Shown here piece by piece: positions 9,959 to 18,855 of a stretch of DNA of 64,000 nucleotides. Below the pieces are notes generated by a model. That model worked only from the letters and a program-made list of their open reading frames with translations, was not told where the DNA came from and searched no databases. The stretch comes from an uncultured Gemmatimonadota bacterium (GTDB taxonomy: Bacteria > Gemmatimonadota > Gemmatimonadetes > Palauibacterales > KS3-K002), in contig CAYFSW010000147.1 in assembly GCA_964345885.1 (NCBI GenBank), positions 235 to 64,234 on the forward strand. The letters run 5' to 3'. Position numbers and translations under genes: made by a program. Within the stretch, counting starts at the first letter, position 1; the number at the start of each line of letters is the position of its first letter.

Positions 9959-10492
9959 TCAGAGATCGAGCAGGCCTGGGATCGCCTCGATGACTATCCG
10001 ACCCGCCTCGACGTTCACCTCGCGGACCAGTTGGTCGCTGAACGGGATCAGGTGCCCGCGCGTCCCGTCGTCCACCTCGAGCATGTGGCTGGGACCGGTC
10101 TCATAGATCTCGACGACGCGGCCGACTCGCTGCCCATCCAGGGTCTCGACTTCGAGACCGACGAGGTCGTGCAGGAAGAACTCGCCCGCTTCCAGCGGCC
10201 GCGTCTCCTCCCGGCTGACTAGGAGGGTCCGACCGCGCAAGACTTCGGCGGCGTTGCGGTCGCGCACGTCCTCGAATCGCACGATCAATCCACCTTTGAA
10301 CGGGCGAGCGCCGGCAACCGTGAGGGCGAGCCCAGACTCGTCGGGCCGCCCTTCGCTATCGCCAATCAGCAAAGAACGGCCCTTAGAATAGATACCCGCG
10401 ACGTCGTCCGTCGCCGGGCTCACGAAGCACTCGCCCTTGATCCCGTGGGCCTTCCTGATCTCACCGACGATGAGGTGATCGGCCCCGAGCGT
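9959..10492 (-). CDS. rimM: Ribosome maturation factor RimM (start uncertain, see findings)
   Basis: Frame extends upstream of GTG 10423 through DHLIVGEIRKAHGIKGE; DRNAAEVLRG, GEFFLHDLVGL, LIPF, IPGLL. Confidence 0.92.
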   Translation of the reverse strand, partial: TLGADHLIVGEIRKAHGIKGECFVSPATDDVAGIYSKGRSLLIGDSEGRPDESGLALTVAGARPFKGGLIVRFEDVRDRNAAEVLRGRTLLVSREETRPLEAGEFFLHDLVGLEVETLDGQRVGRVVEIYETGPSHMLEVDDGTRGHLIPFSDQLVREVNVEAGRIVIEAIPGLLDL

Positions 10493-10506
10493 CCCTGAGT
10501 CTCGAG

Positions 10507-10974
10507 CTACGATTCCGCTTCCTGCTTCTCTTCCTCTGCCTCGGCTTCAGGAGCCTCGGCAGCCGCCTCCGGCTCGGCCTCAGCTTCCGCCGCGGCCTCG
10601 GGCTCGGCCGGCCTCTCCTCGGCCTTGGCGACTTTCTTCTTGGCGCCCCCGGCTTTGGGCGGGTGAATCGTACTGCCTCTTGCATCGCCGACCACGACCA
10701 TGCCCTCGCCCTCGACGCCATCGGCGAACTTCTTCAGAATGCCGGTCTTGCGGAAGAGAGGCTCGACGCCTTCGCTCACCAGAGCGCCCTGGCGCAGCCA
10801 GTAGAGGGCGCGCTTCTCGTCGACTTCAATGTAAGACGGCTCGGTTCGCGGGTTGTACTTCCCGATCGTCTCGGTGATCCTGCCGGCCCGGGAGTGCATA
10901 CTCCCGGCCACGACGATCCGGAACGACGCCTGCTTCTTCCGGCCGACTTTGCGCAGTCTAATCCTGGTTGCCAT
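10507..10974 (-). CDS. rpsP: 30S ribosomal protein S16 with acidic Ala/Glu C-terminal extension
   Basis: MATRIRLRKVGRKKQASFRIVV..IGKYNP..YWLRQGA. Confidence 0.96.
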   Translation of the reverse strand: MATRIRLRKVGRKKQASFRIVVAGSMHSRAGRITETIGKYNPRTEPSYIEVDEKRALYWLRQGALVSEGVEPLFRKTGILKKFADGVEGEGMVVVGDARGSTIHPPKAGGAKKKVAKAEERPAEPEAAAEAEAEPEAAAEAPEAEAEEEKQEAES

Positions 10975-11048
10975 TCCACTCCTTTGTTACCTTCGCGAGA
11001 GCCGCGAAACTTAGGCGGACTCCTCAGCGGTTTCAAGGCCCGCTTTGC

Positions 11049-11136
11049 GGTAGCCAGTGGCCGGTGGCCGGTGGCCGGTAGCCGGTAACTTAGAGAAGGC
11101 TCAACCGGCCACCGTTCACCGGCTACCGGCTACTGG
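11049..11136. repeat. Inverted array of tandem heptamers
   Basis: Six GGTRGCC-like units (11049-11090), a 13-nt spacer, then four to five ACCGGCY-like units (11104-11136) overlapping the purA stop. Confidence 0.85.
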
Positions 11137-12422
11137 ATTTCCAGAATCTCCCGCCGCCGGGTCCCCACCGAAACGTAACGGATCGGCAGCTCGGCCAGCT
11201 CGGCGATCCGATCCAGGTAGGCCCTGGCCCGGGCGGGCAGGTCCTCTAAGCGACGAGCCTCGCTGGTCGGGGTATCCCATCCCGGCATCGTCTCATAGAC
11301 CGGTTCGACCTCGGCGAGCAGCGACAGGTCGGCCGGGAACTCCTCGAGGCGCTCGCCGCGGTGCTCATACCCGACGCAGAGGCTGATCTCGGGCAGCGGG
11401 TCGAGAACGTCGAGCTTGCTCACCGCCAGCGCCGTCAGACCGTTGAGGCGGCTCGCGTAGCGAACCACTACCGCGTCGAACCAGCCGGTGCGCCGCGGCC
11501 TGCCGGTCGTGGCGCCGTACTCGGCACCCAGCTCGCGCAGCCGCGCCGCCTCTTCTTCCGGTAGCTCGGTGGGCAGCGGCCCGGCACCGACGCGCGTCGT
11601 GTACGCTTTCACCACGCCGAGCACCGCATCGATGGTGGTGGGGCCGAGGCCGAGCCCGGTGGCTGCCTGCCCGGCGGTCGTGTTCGACGAAGTGACGAAC
11701 GGGTAGGTCCCGTGGTCGACATCGAGCATCGCGCCCTGCGCTCCCTCGAGCAGCACTTTCTCGCCCCTGTCCAGCGCCTTCTTCAGTGCGAGCCCGACGT
11801 CACACGCCATGGGTTGCAGGCGCTGCGCCAGGCCGCAGAGCTCTGTGTAGAGCGCGTCCGTATCCACCGTCAGGTCGGAGCCGAGCCCCTCGAGCTTGGC
11901 CTGCGTGCGCGCCGCGCCCGCCTCGACCAGCTCGCGCAAGCGGTTCGGATCGGCCAGGTCGGCGACGCGGACGCCGACCCGGGCGACCTTGTCCTCGTAG
12001 GCGCAACCGATGCCGCGGCCCGTCGTGCCGATCGCACCCTTGCCGCGGCTTTTCTCCTGGGCCTGATCGAGGAGCTTGTGATAGGCGAGGACGAGTTGCG
12101 TACGGGTGCTCACGAGGATGCGGTCCTCAACCTCGTGGCCCCGCGCCTTCAGCTCATCGATCTCCTTGAAGAAGGTGACCGGATCGAGGACCATGCCGTT
12201 GCCGACCACGCACCGCTTGCCCGGGTAGAGCACGCCGGACGGGACCTGGTGCAGGATGAACTCGTCTTCGCCGACGCGAACGGTATGCCCGGCGTTGGCG
12301 CCGCCCTGATATCGAGCGATCCAGTCGGCATCGCTCGCCAGAACGTCTACGATCTTCCCTTTCCCCTCGTCGCCCCACTGCGAGCCGACCACAACGACGC
12401 AACGGACACCATCTCCGAACAT
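11130..12422 (-). CDS. purA: Adenylosuccinate synthetase
   Basis: GSQWGDEGKGK, RYQGGANAGHT, EGAQG, GTYPFVTSS, EYGATTGRPRR. Confidence 0.98.
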   Translation of the reverse strand: MFGDGVRCVVVVGSQWGDEGKGKIVDVLASDADWIARYQGGANAGHTVRVGEDEFILHQVPSGVLYPGKRCVVGNGMVLDPVTFFKEIDELKARGHEVEDRILVSTRTQLVLAYHKLLDQAQEKSRGKGAIGTTGRGIGCAYEDKVARVGVRVADLADPNRLRELVEAGAARTQAKLEGLGSDLTVDTDALYTELCGLAQRLQPMACDVGLALKKALDRGEKVLLEGAQGAMLDVDHGTYPFVTSSNTTAGQAATGLGLGPTTIDAVLGVVKAYTTRVGAGPLPTELPEEEAARLRELGAEYGATTGRPRRTGWFDAVVVRYASRLNGLTALAVSKLDVLDPLPEISLCVGYEHRGERLEEFPADLSLLAEVEPVYETMPGWDTPTSEARRLEDLPARARAYLDRIAELAELPIRYVSVGTRRREILEIQ

Positions 12423-12433
12423 GATGACCTCAC

Positions 12434-12465
12434 AAAAAAAGCCCCCACTCGCTCACTCGGGGGGC
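12434..12465 (-). terminator. Intrinsic terminator-like hairpin in purA leader
   Basis: Minus strand GCCCCC-CGAGTGAGCGAGT-GGGGGC-TTTTTTT directly before the GAGG RBS. Confidence 0.7.
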
Positions 12466-12489
12466 ACGCTTTCGTGTATCCTTTGGCAG

Positions 12490-12518
12490 AAGCTAGATCG
12501 GGCCTGGGGAAGTGTCAA
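12490..12518 (-). promoter_or_regulatory. Sigma70-type promoter of purA
   Basis: TTGACA-N17-TAGCTT on minus strand. Confidence 0.7.
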
Positions 12519-12528
12519 GGAACGGGTC

Positions 12529-12567
12529 GGCGCGAGCCCGAAGCGAGTGGCTCTTCCGCCTCCGACC
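12529..12567 (+). repeat. Half copy of the ~110-bp palindromic repeat
   Basis: GGCGCGAGCCCGAAGCGAGTGGCTCTTCCGCCTCCGACC matches the right arm of the full copies. Confidence 0.8.
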
Positions 12568-12592
12568 GGCACGCGACGTCGAGCTAGACGCC

Positions 12593-13096
12593 TCAACCCC
12601 AGGCGGCGTACAGCCCGATGACGGCGATGGCGAAAGCGATGGCGATCTTGATCGCGGCTCCCGAGGCCCGTCCGAGGACCGCACCCCAGCCGGCTCCCAG
12701 TGTCGCTTTGATCTCCGTCCCCGGCGAATGCTGCAACACGATGGCGCCGACGAACGCGCCGACGAACGCACCAACGATGTTACCGATCACGGGTACCGGC
12801 ATGCCGATAACGGCGCCGACGAGACCACCGAGTAAGGCACCCCAGCCGGCGCGGTTCGAGCCGCCGTACTTCTTGGCGAAGCGGAAGCCGAGCCAGGCCT
12901 CAGCCGCCTCGGCCACAGCACCCAAAACGACCACGGCTGCGAGCGTCTGCCAGCCGACCTGCTCGAAGCGACCCAGCGCCGCGTAGCCGACCAGCGCCAC
13001 AACCATCAGCCACAGCCCCGGCAGGCCGAACGGTATGAGCGACACGCCGACGATAAAGGCCAGGATCAAGATCACCAGGGGGATCAGTTCACCCAT
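12593..13096 (-). CDS. DUF456 family membrane protein
   Basis: LIPFGLPGLW..AKKYGGSNRAGWGALLGGLVG..GAFVGA; start ATG 13096. Confidence 0.85.
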   Translation of the reverse strand: MGELIPLVILILAFIVGVSLIPFGLPGLWLMVVALVGYAALGRFEQVGWQTLAAVVVLGAVAEAAEAWLGFRFAKKYGGSNRAGWGALLGGLVGAVIGMPVPVIGNIVGAFVGAFVGAIVLQHSPGTEIKATLGAGWGAVLGRASGAAIKIAIAFAIAVIGLYAAWG

Positions 13097-13994
13097 CGTC
13101 TCCACCCTGCAGGAGTCGGGCACGACTCAGCTCGCTGCGCACCTGCGCCCGACCCCTCTCGTCCAGCGGCCTGAGCGGCGCCCGCGGCGCACCGCCCACA
13201 TAGCCCAGCAGATCCAAGGCGTACTTGACGCCGGCGACGCCCAGATCGCGCACGATCTTCGTGTGTGGCGACGAGATGCGATCCTGCGCCGCTCCGGCCT
13301 GCCCCGCCTCGTCTGCCCGGAACTTCTCGTACACCGCCACGGCGAGTTCCGGTGCCAGGCAGCCGACGGCGACGATACCGCCGGCAGCGCCCATCTCCAG
13401 TGCGGCGTACAGTTTGGAGCCGGCGCCGACCAAGACCTGGCAATCCTCGGGCGCCGCCTCGAGGTGCGCGCCGAGGATCTTCAGGTCACCGGTCGAGTCC
13501 TTGATCCCCGCGATATTGGGGTGGGCGCCGAGCTCGGCCAGCAGGCCCGGTGTGATATCGACCGGCACGAACTGCGGCACGTTGTAAAGGATGAGCGGAA
13601 TGGGAATCGACTCCGCGACAGTCTCGTAGTGGCGCCGCACCGTCTCCGGGTCCATCCGCCCGCGGTAGTAGCTGGGCGCACGGACCAAGACGGCGTCGCC
13701 GCCAACCTCCGCCACGGCTCGCGCCGCCCGCACTGTCGCCCGCGTCGACTCGGCGCCGGTCCCCGCGATGAGTATCTTCTCGGGCGGCACGACGTCCCGC
13801 GCCCACTCGACCATCTGGACGACCTCGCTCTCGTCGAGCAGCGGTGCTTCGCCCGTCGAGCCGGCGATCACGAAACCGTGGACGCCCGCTCTCAACCAGG
13901 CGCGCAGGTTGTCACGAAAGGAGACCGGTGCGACCGCTCCGCTGGCCTCATCGAACGGTGTCGTTACCGGCAGGATAACGCCTGCGAGCCTCAA
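13089..13994 (-). CDS. Dihydrodipicolinate synthase family aldolase
   Basis: TPF, GSTGE, ILYNVP, GIKDS (Schiff-base Lys). Confidence 0.9.
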   Translation of the reverse strand: MRLAGVILPVTTPFDEASGAVAPVSFRDNLRAWLRAGVHGFVIAGSTGEAPLLDESEVVQMVEWARDVVPPEKILIAGTGAESTRATVRAARAVAEVGGDAVLVRAPSYYRGRMDPETVRRHYETVAESIPIPLILYNVPQFVPVDITPGLLAELGAHPNIAGIKDSTGDLKILGAHLEAAPEDCQVLVGAGSKLYAALEMGAAGGIVAVGCLAPELAVAVYEKFRADEAGQAGAAQDRISSPHTKIVRDLGVAGVKYALDLLGYVGGAPRAPLRPLDERGRAQVRSELSRARLLQGGDDG

Positions 13995-15082
13995 ATAAGC
14001 TCCTGAACCAGTTGGTCGTCACCCAACGTCTTCATGCGCAGCTCGAAGTCGGCCGGATTCGAGGCTGCGTTCTTCGCCGTCTCGTAGTCCACCTGTCCCG
14101 ATTTGGTCAGATCCATCAGGTGCTGGTCGAACGTCTGCATCCCGTACTGCGACCGTCCTTCCTCCATGAGCTGCCTGATCTCGGCGAACTTCTCGGGCTG
14201 GAGGATGCAGTCGCGAATCGCGCCCGTCACCACCATGACCTCCGCCGCCAGCACGCGTCCGCTCTCGTCGGCCTTGGGCAGCAGCCGCTGCGAGATGACC
14301 GCTGCCAGCGACTCGGCCAGCCGCACCCGCAACATCTCCTGCTCTTCCGGCGGGAAGACCGAGATCGTTCGGCTGATCGTCGTCGCCGCGTCCGGCGTGT
14401 GCAGGGTGGAGATCACCAAGTGCCCCGTTTCGGTCGCCTTGATTGCCGTGTCGATCGTCTCCGTATCACGCATCTCACCGATCAAGATCACGTCCGGGTC
14501 CTCGCGCAGCGCAGCGCGCAGTCCCGTCTGGAACGAGCTGGTATCGGTGCCGACCTCGCGCTGCGTGATCGAGCAATTGATGTCGCGGTGCAGATACTCG
14601 ATCGGGTTCTCGAGCGTGATCACGTGGCGCTTGAAGTTCTGATTGATGTAGTTGATCATCGCCGCCTGGGTCGTCGTCTTACCCGACCCGGTAACGCCGG
14701 TGACCAGCACGAGTCCGCGCGGCAGCGACGAGATATCCGGCAATACCGGCGGCAGGCCGAGCTCATCGAACTTGGGGATCTCGACCGGGATGATTCGCAG
14801 CACGATCATGAAGCTGCCGCGCTGCTTCAAGATGTTGACCCGGAAGCGGCCGAGACCGGGCACGCCCCAGGCGCAGTCGTAGTCGGTGATCCGATCGATG
14901 TTATTGCGATCGCGCTCGTTGGGAATGAGTCGCATCGCGACCTCGCGCGTCTGTTCGGGCGTGAGCAACTGCTTGGTCATAGGAACCAGCTCGCCGTGGA
15001 TCCGCGCCCGGAACACATCGCCTGCCTTGATGTGCAGGTCGCTGGCCCCGCGCTCAATCGCCGCCCTCAGTATCTTCTCCAT
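13991..15082 (-). CDS. pilT: PilT/PilU-family retraction ATPase
   Basis: ASDLH, GRFRVN, GVTGSGKTT, ALREDPDVILIGEMRD, TGHLVISTLH, GMQTFDQHL. Confidence 0.88.
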   Translation of the reverse strand: MEKILRAAIERGASDLHIKAGDVFRARIHGELVPMTKQLLTPEQTREVAMRLIPNERDRNNIDRITDYDCAWGVPGLGRFRVNILKQRGSFMIVLRIIPVEIPKFDELGLPPVLPDISSLPRGLVLVTGVTGSGKTTTQAAMINYINQNFKRHVITLENPIEYLHRDINCSITQREVGTDTSSFQTGLRAALREDPDVILIGEMRDTETIDTAIKATETGHLVISTLHTPDAATTISRTISVFPPEEQEMLRVRLAESLAAVISQRLLPKADESGRVLAAEVMVVTGAIRDCILQPEKFAEIRQLMEEGRSQYGMQTFDQHLMDLTKSGQVDYETAKNAASNPADFELRMKTLGDDQLVQELI

Positions 15083-15091
15083 ATCCCGCTC

Positions 15092-16165
15092 CTAATAACC
15101 CGCCTGCTTGTCCACCACGTTGAGCATGGGCTCCCCAGCCAAGTAGCGTCGCGTGTTCTCGATTATCAACTCCGCCTCCCGCTCCCAGAAGCGCGGGCTG
15201 ACCCCACCGAGGTGCGGGGTCAGGCAAACGTTGTCCAGCTCCCAGAGCGGGCTGTCCGCCGGCAGCGGCTCGTCCTCGAAGACGTCGAGGCCGGCACCGC
15301 GGATCGAGCCCGCCCGCAACGCCTCGATCAGAGCCTCCTCAGCGACGATCTTTCCACGCGCCACGTTGATGAGCACCGCGCTTTCCTTCATGGCGGCGAG
15401 TTCCGCCGCACCGATCAGCCCATCGGTCTCCCGCGTGTGCGGGACGCAGAGCACCACGTAATCGCTACCCGCGAGGACCGTGGTGAGGTCCTCGAGGCCG
15501 AACAGCCGATCGACGTCAGCCGACGCTAGATCCGGTCTTCGGTCGATCGCCCACACCTGCATGCCGAGACCCTTCGCTCGCCTCCCAACCTCACGGCCGA
15601 TTCCACCGAACCCAATGATCCCGACCACGGAATCGACAAGCTCGCCCACCGGGCTCGGCGCGCAGGCGACCCGGTCCCGATCCCAGAGTCGACCGGCCCG
15701 CCGACTCGCCTCCACCTGATCGAGCGCCCGGGCGAGGTAGAACATCATCGCCACTGCGTGCTCTGCCACCGGAACGCCGTGGGTGCCGGCCGAATTGGTG
15801 AATATCACATCGCTCTCCAGCATCTCCGGGTAGAGCGAGCCGCCGACGCCAGCCGCGCCCGAATGCACCCAACGCAATCCCTTGCCCGTGGCCAGCACGT
15901 CGCGCGGGATTCCAAACCCACAGTACACCTCCGCACCCTCCAGCGCCCTCAATACCGCGGCACTCACACTCGAAGGGCCGTCGCCGGAGCCGTCCACATC
16001 TTCCTTGACCCGGATCACCTCCCAGTCCGGCGGCAGGGCGGCACGAATCCTCCCCGTAACCTCCTCGGGCATACACCAGAGGTGGTAACGCGAGGAGTAC
16101 ATGTCGATGACGAAACGGCGGGTAGAAGGGGGAGTCATGTTCGAGCCGTCGGGACGACCTCTCAT
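15092..16165 (-). CDS. D-2-hydroxyacid dehydrogenase (start uncertain)
   Basis: VGIIGFGGIG, LINVARG, GAGLDVFEDEPLP, TPH. Confidence 0.9.
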   Translation of the reverse strand: MRGRPDGSNMTPPSTRRFVIDMYSSRYHLWCMPEEVTGRIRAALPPDWEVIRVKEDVDGSGDGPSSVSAAVLRALEGAEVYCGFGIPRDVLATGKGLRWVHSGAAGVGGSLYPEMLESDVIFTNSAGTHGVPVAEHAVAMMFYLARALDQVEASRRAGRLWDRDRVACAPSPVGELVDSVVGIIGFGGIGREVGRRAKGLGMQVWAIDRRPDLASADVDRLFGLEDLTTVLAGSDYVVLCVPHTRETDGLIGAAELAAMKESAVLINVARGKIVAEEALIEALRAGSIRGAGLDVFEDEPLPADSPLWELDNVCLTPHLGGVSPRFWEREAELIIENTRRYLAGEPMLNVVDKQAGY

Positions 16166-16201
16166 ATTATAACGCCGGTGGCGCCTTCGTGTTGAGTGGG
16201 G

Positions 16202-16882
16202 TCAGTGTACCGTAATCCTCCTTACACCTTCCAAGGACGCCAACTCGCGTAACGCCGCGTCCCGGGCCCGGCCGCGGCCCACGATCTCGTAGGCGGCCCG
16301 AAACCGTTCCCTCTGTTTCTCGAGTTTTTCCGGCTTGGCGCGCAGCCCGTGCCCCTCGATGTGGGCGACGACGCGCTCGAGGACTTCCGCATCGGGATCG
16401 GTGGTCACCTCGAGGGTGACGGCTGTGCGGCGGCGGAAGACGAAGTCTTCGATCCTGCCGAGGAAGATGAGGGTCAGGGCAACGAGCGCCGTGGTGCCCA
16501 GCGCCTCGACGTAGGCGTGCGCGCCTACGGCGAGGCCGATGGCGGCGACGACCCAGAGGGTGGCGGCTGTGGTAAGGCCGACCACACTACCGCGATGGAC
16601 GAGGATCGTGCCGGCACCGATGAAGCCGATCCCCGAGACGACCTGTGCCGCGATGCGACCCGGGTCAGCGGGCCCGACGGTAGCGGCGTTCGCCACTGCC
16701 TGCGAGACGTCCATCAAGAGAGTCGCGCCGACGCAGATCAACATATTGGTCCTAAGGCCGGCAGGCTTGCCCGAGAGTTCGCGCTCGAGCCCCACCAAGC
16801 CGCCAAGGATTGCAGCTAGGACCAGTCTGCCCAGCAGGCCGAGCCTCAGCGTCTCGATCCAGGTCGGGTCAAGCCAATCCAA
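16202..16882 (-). CDS. MgtC/SapB family membrane protein
   Basis: GLERE..KPAGLRT..DPGRIAAQVVSGIGFIGAG..GLTTAATLW. Confidence 0.93.
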   Translation of the reverse strand: MDWLDPTWIETLRLGLLGRLVLAAILGGLVGLERELSGKPAGLRTNMLICVGATLLMDVSQAVANAATVGPADPGRIAAQVVSGIGFIGAGTILVHRGSVVGLTTAATLWVVAAIGLAVGAHAYVEALGTTALVALTLIFLGRIEDFVFRRRTAVTLEVTTDPDAEVLERVVAHIEGHGLRAKPEKLEKQRERFRAAYEIVGRGRARDAALRELASLEGVRRITVH

Positions 16883-16896
16883 CGTTCCCTGCCCTC

Positions 16897-17913
16897 TTAG
16901 TTGTGTTCGGCACTTACGGGCTCATCCACAGGGCCCAGACCCATCCGCCGGCGCACCTCGCTCATCGTATCGACGGCGACGGCCCGGGCACGCTCCGCCC
17001 CGCTACGAAGGACCTCGATCACGTATTCGGGCCGCTGCTGCAGCTCCAGTGCCCGCTCACGAATCGGGCGCAGCGTTTCCACGATGTTCTCGCTGAGGCG
17101 ACGCTTGCACTCGATGCAGCCGATACCTGCTGTGCGGCAACCCTCATCGGCCCAAGCGATGTCCTCCTCGCTGGAGAAGTGGCGATGCAGGGCGAACAGA
17201 TTGCAGACGTTCGGATTTCCCGGGTCGTTGCGGCGCTTGCGCTGTGGGTCGGTGATGGCCGGGCGGAGCTTCTCCCATATGTCGTCCGGCGATTCCAAGA
17301 TGCCGATCGTATTGCCGATCGACTTCGACATCTTGGCCTGCCCGTCGAGCCCGAGTACGCGGCGGACCTTGCCTACCAGCGCCTGCGGTTCGGGGAAGTA
17401 CTCGCCGAAGCGAAGGTTCCACTTGCGGGCGATCTCGCGGGTCAACTCGATGTGCTGCACCTGGTCCTCGCCGACCGGGACCGCCTCGGCGTGATAGAGC
17501 AGGATGTCGGCGGCCTGAAGGATCGGGTAGTTGAGAATACCGGCCAGCACCGACTCCTGGCGCGACGACTTGTCCTTGAACTGGGTCATCCGCTCCAGCT
17601 GTCCAACCGGCGTCACCGTGGTGAATACCCAGGCCAACTCGCTATGCTCGGGGACGTCCGACTGGACGAAGATCGTGCACTTGTTCGGGTCGAGCCCCGC
17701 GGCGAGCAGACCGAGCGCCAGATCGAAGATCTGCTGCGGCATCTCTTCGGGCTCGAACGGCTGGGTGATGGCGTGCAGGTCGACGATACAGAAGAAGGCG
17801 TCGTACTGATCCTGGAGCGAGACCCAGTTCCTGACCGCACCGAGGTAGTTCCCGATGTGCAGCCCACCCGACGGCTGTATGCCGCTGAACATGCGTGGCT
17901 TGGGTTTCGCCAT
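16897..17913 (-). CDS. trpS: Tryptophanyl-tRNA synthetase
   Basis: SGIQPSG-LHIGNY (HIGH), YPILQAADILLY, VPVGEDQ, KMSKS. Confidence 0.97.
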   Translation of the reverse strand: MAKPKPRMFSGIQPSGGLHIGNYLGAVRNWVSLQDQYDAFFCIVDLHAITQPFEPEEMPQQIFDLALGLLAAGLDPNKCTIFVQSDVPEHSELAWVFTTVTPVGQLERMTQFKDKSSRQESVLAGILNYPILQAADILLYHAEAVPVGEDQVQHIELTREIARKWNLRFGEYFPEPQALVGKVRRVLGLDGQAKMSKSIGNTIGILESPDDIWEKLRPAITDPQRKRRNDPGNPNVCNLFALHRHFSSEEDIAWADEGCRTAGIGCIECKRRLSENIVETLRPIRERALELQQRPEYVIEVLRSGAERARAVAVDTMSEVRRRMGLGPVDEPVSAEHN

Positions 17914-18041
17914 CCGTCACCCGTTGAATAATGAACTCGGAATGCCGAATATGGAGTCTCGGAACTCGCAGGCCCGAGGCTCGTTGTTCTCGGCCCCTAT
18001 CGGCCGAGTAAGTTACGGTGCGACAACGACATGTTCAAGTT

Positions 18042-18842
18042 ATGACCTCGCTCGACGATCTGCTCCACGCCGCCCAGATAGCGGCCAGCGCCGCCGCCGA
18101 CGTCCACCGCCGCTCGCGATCGATCGACCCCAGCGCCTGGGTCGAAAAGGGCCACGCCGACTGGGTAAGCGAGGTGGATCACGCGGCGGAGAAGGCCATC
18201 GTGGCCGAGTTGCGCGGCGCCTTCCCCGATCATGCAATCGCCGCTGAAGAGAGCGATTGGGGCGGCCCGACCCCGGAGCAGGCGGAGGTTACCTGGTACA
18301 TCGACCCGCTGGATGGCACCACTAACTACCTGCACGGCTATCCCTGCCACTCGGTCTCGATCGCCGCCGTCGACAGCGAAGGGCCCGCCGTCGCCGTTGT
18401 GACCAACACCGGCCACTGGGAGACGTTCACGGCGCGGCGCGGCGAAGGTGCTGAAAAAGATGGGCATCCGATTAGTGTGTCGCGCGTCGCCGAACTCAAG
18501 CAGGCGCTGATCGGCACCGGTTTTCCCTTCAAGAAGACCGAGCTACTGGATGAGTACCTGCCTCAGTTCAGAGAGATTCTGAGCCGAACCAGCGGTGTGC
18601 GGCGTACCGGGTCGGCCGCCATCGACCTCTGCGACCTGGCCTGCGGCCGCCTTGACGGCTTCTGGGAGCTACACCTCGCGCCGTGGGACGTGGCTGCGGG
18701 CGTGTTGATTCTGCGCGAAGCGGGAGGGATCATCACAGACTTGTCGGGGTCGGACGACGTAGTGAAGCAGGGCGCTTTCGTGGCGGGTAACCCACCGATA
18801 TACGCCGCGCTCTGGCAGGTCATCGAGGGGATCGGCGGCTGA
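18042..18842 (+). CDS. suhB: Inositol monophosphatase family protein
   Basis: WYIDPLDGTTNY, RRTGSAAIDL, PWDVAAG. Confidence 0.9.
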   Translation: MTSLDDLLHAAQIAASAAADVHRRSRSIDPSAWVEKGHADWVSEVDHAAEKAIVAELRGAFPDHAIAAEESDWGGPTPEQAEVTWYIDPLDGTTNYLHGYPCHSVSIAAVDSEGPAVAVVTNTGHWETFTARRGEGAEKDGHPISVSRVAELKQALIGTGFPFKKTELLDEYLPQFREILSRTSGVRRTGSAAIDLCDLACGRLDGFWELHLAPWDVAAGVLILREAGGIITDLSGSDDVVKQGAFVAGNPPIYAALWQVIEGIGG

Positions 18843-18855
18843 TATCAGGCCGGGA

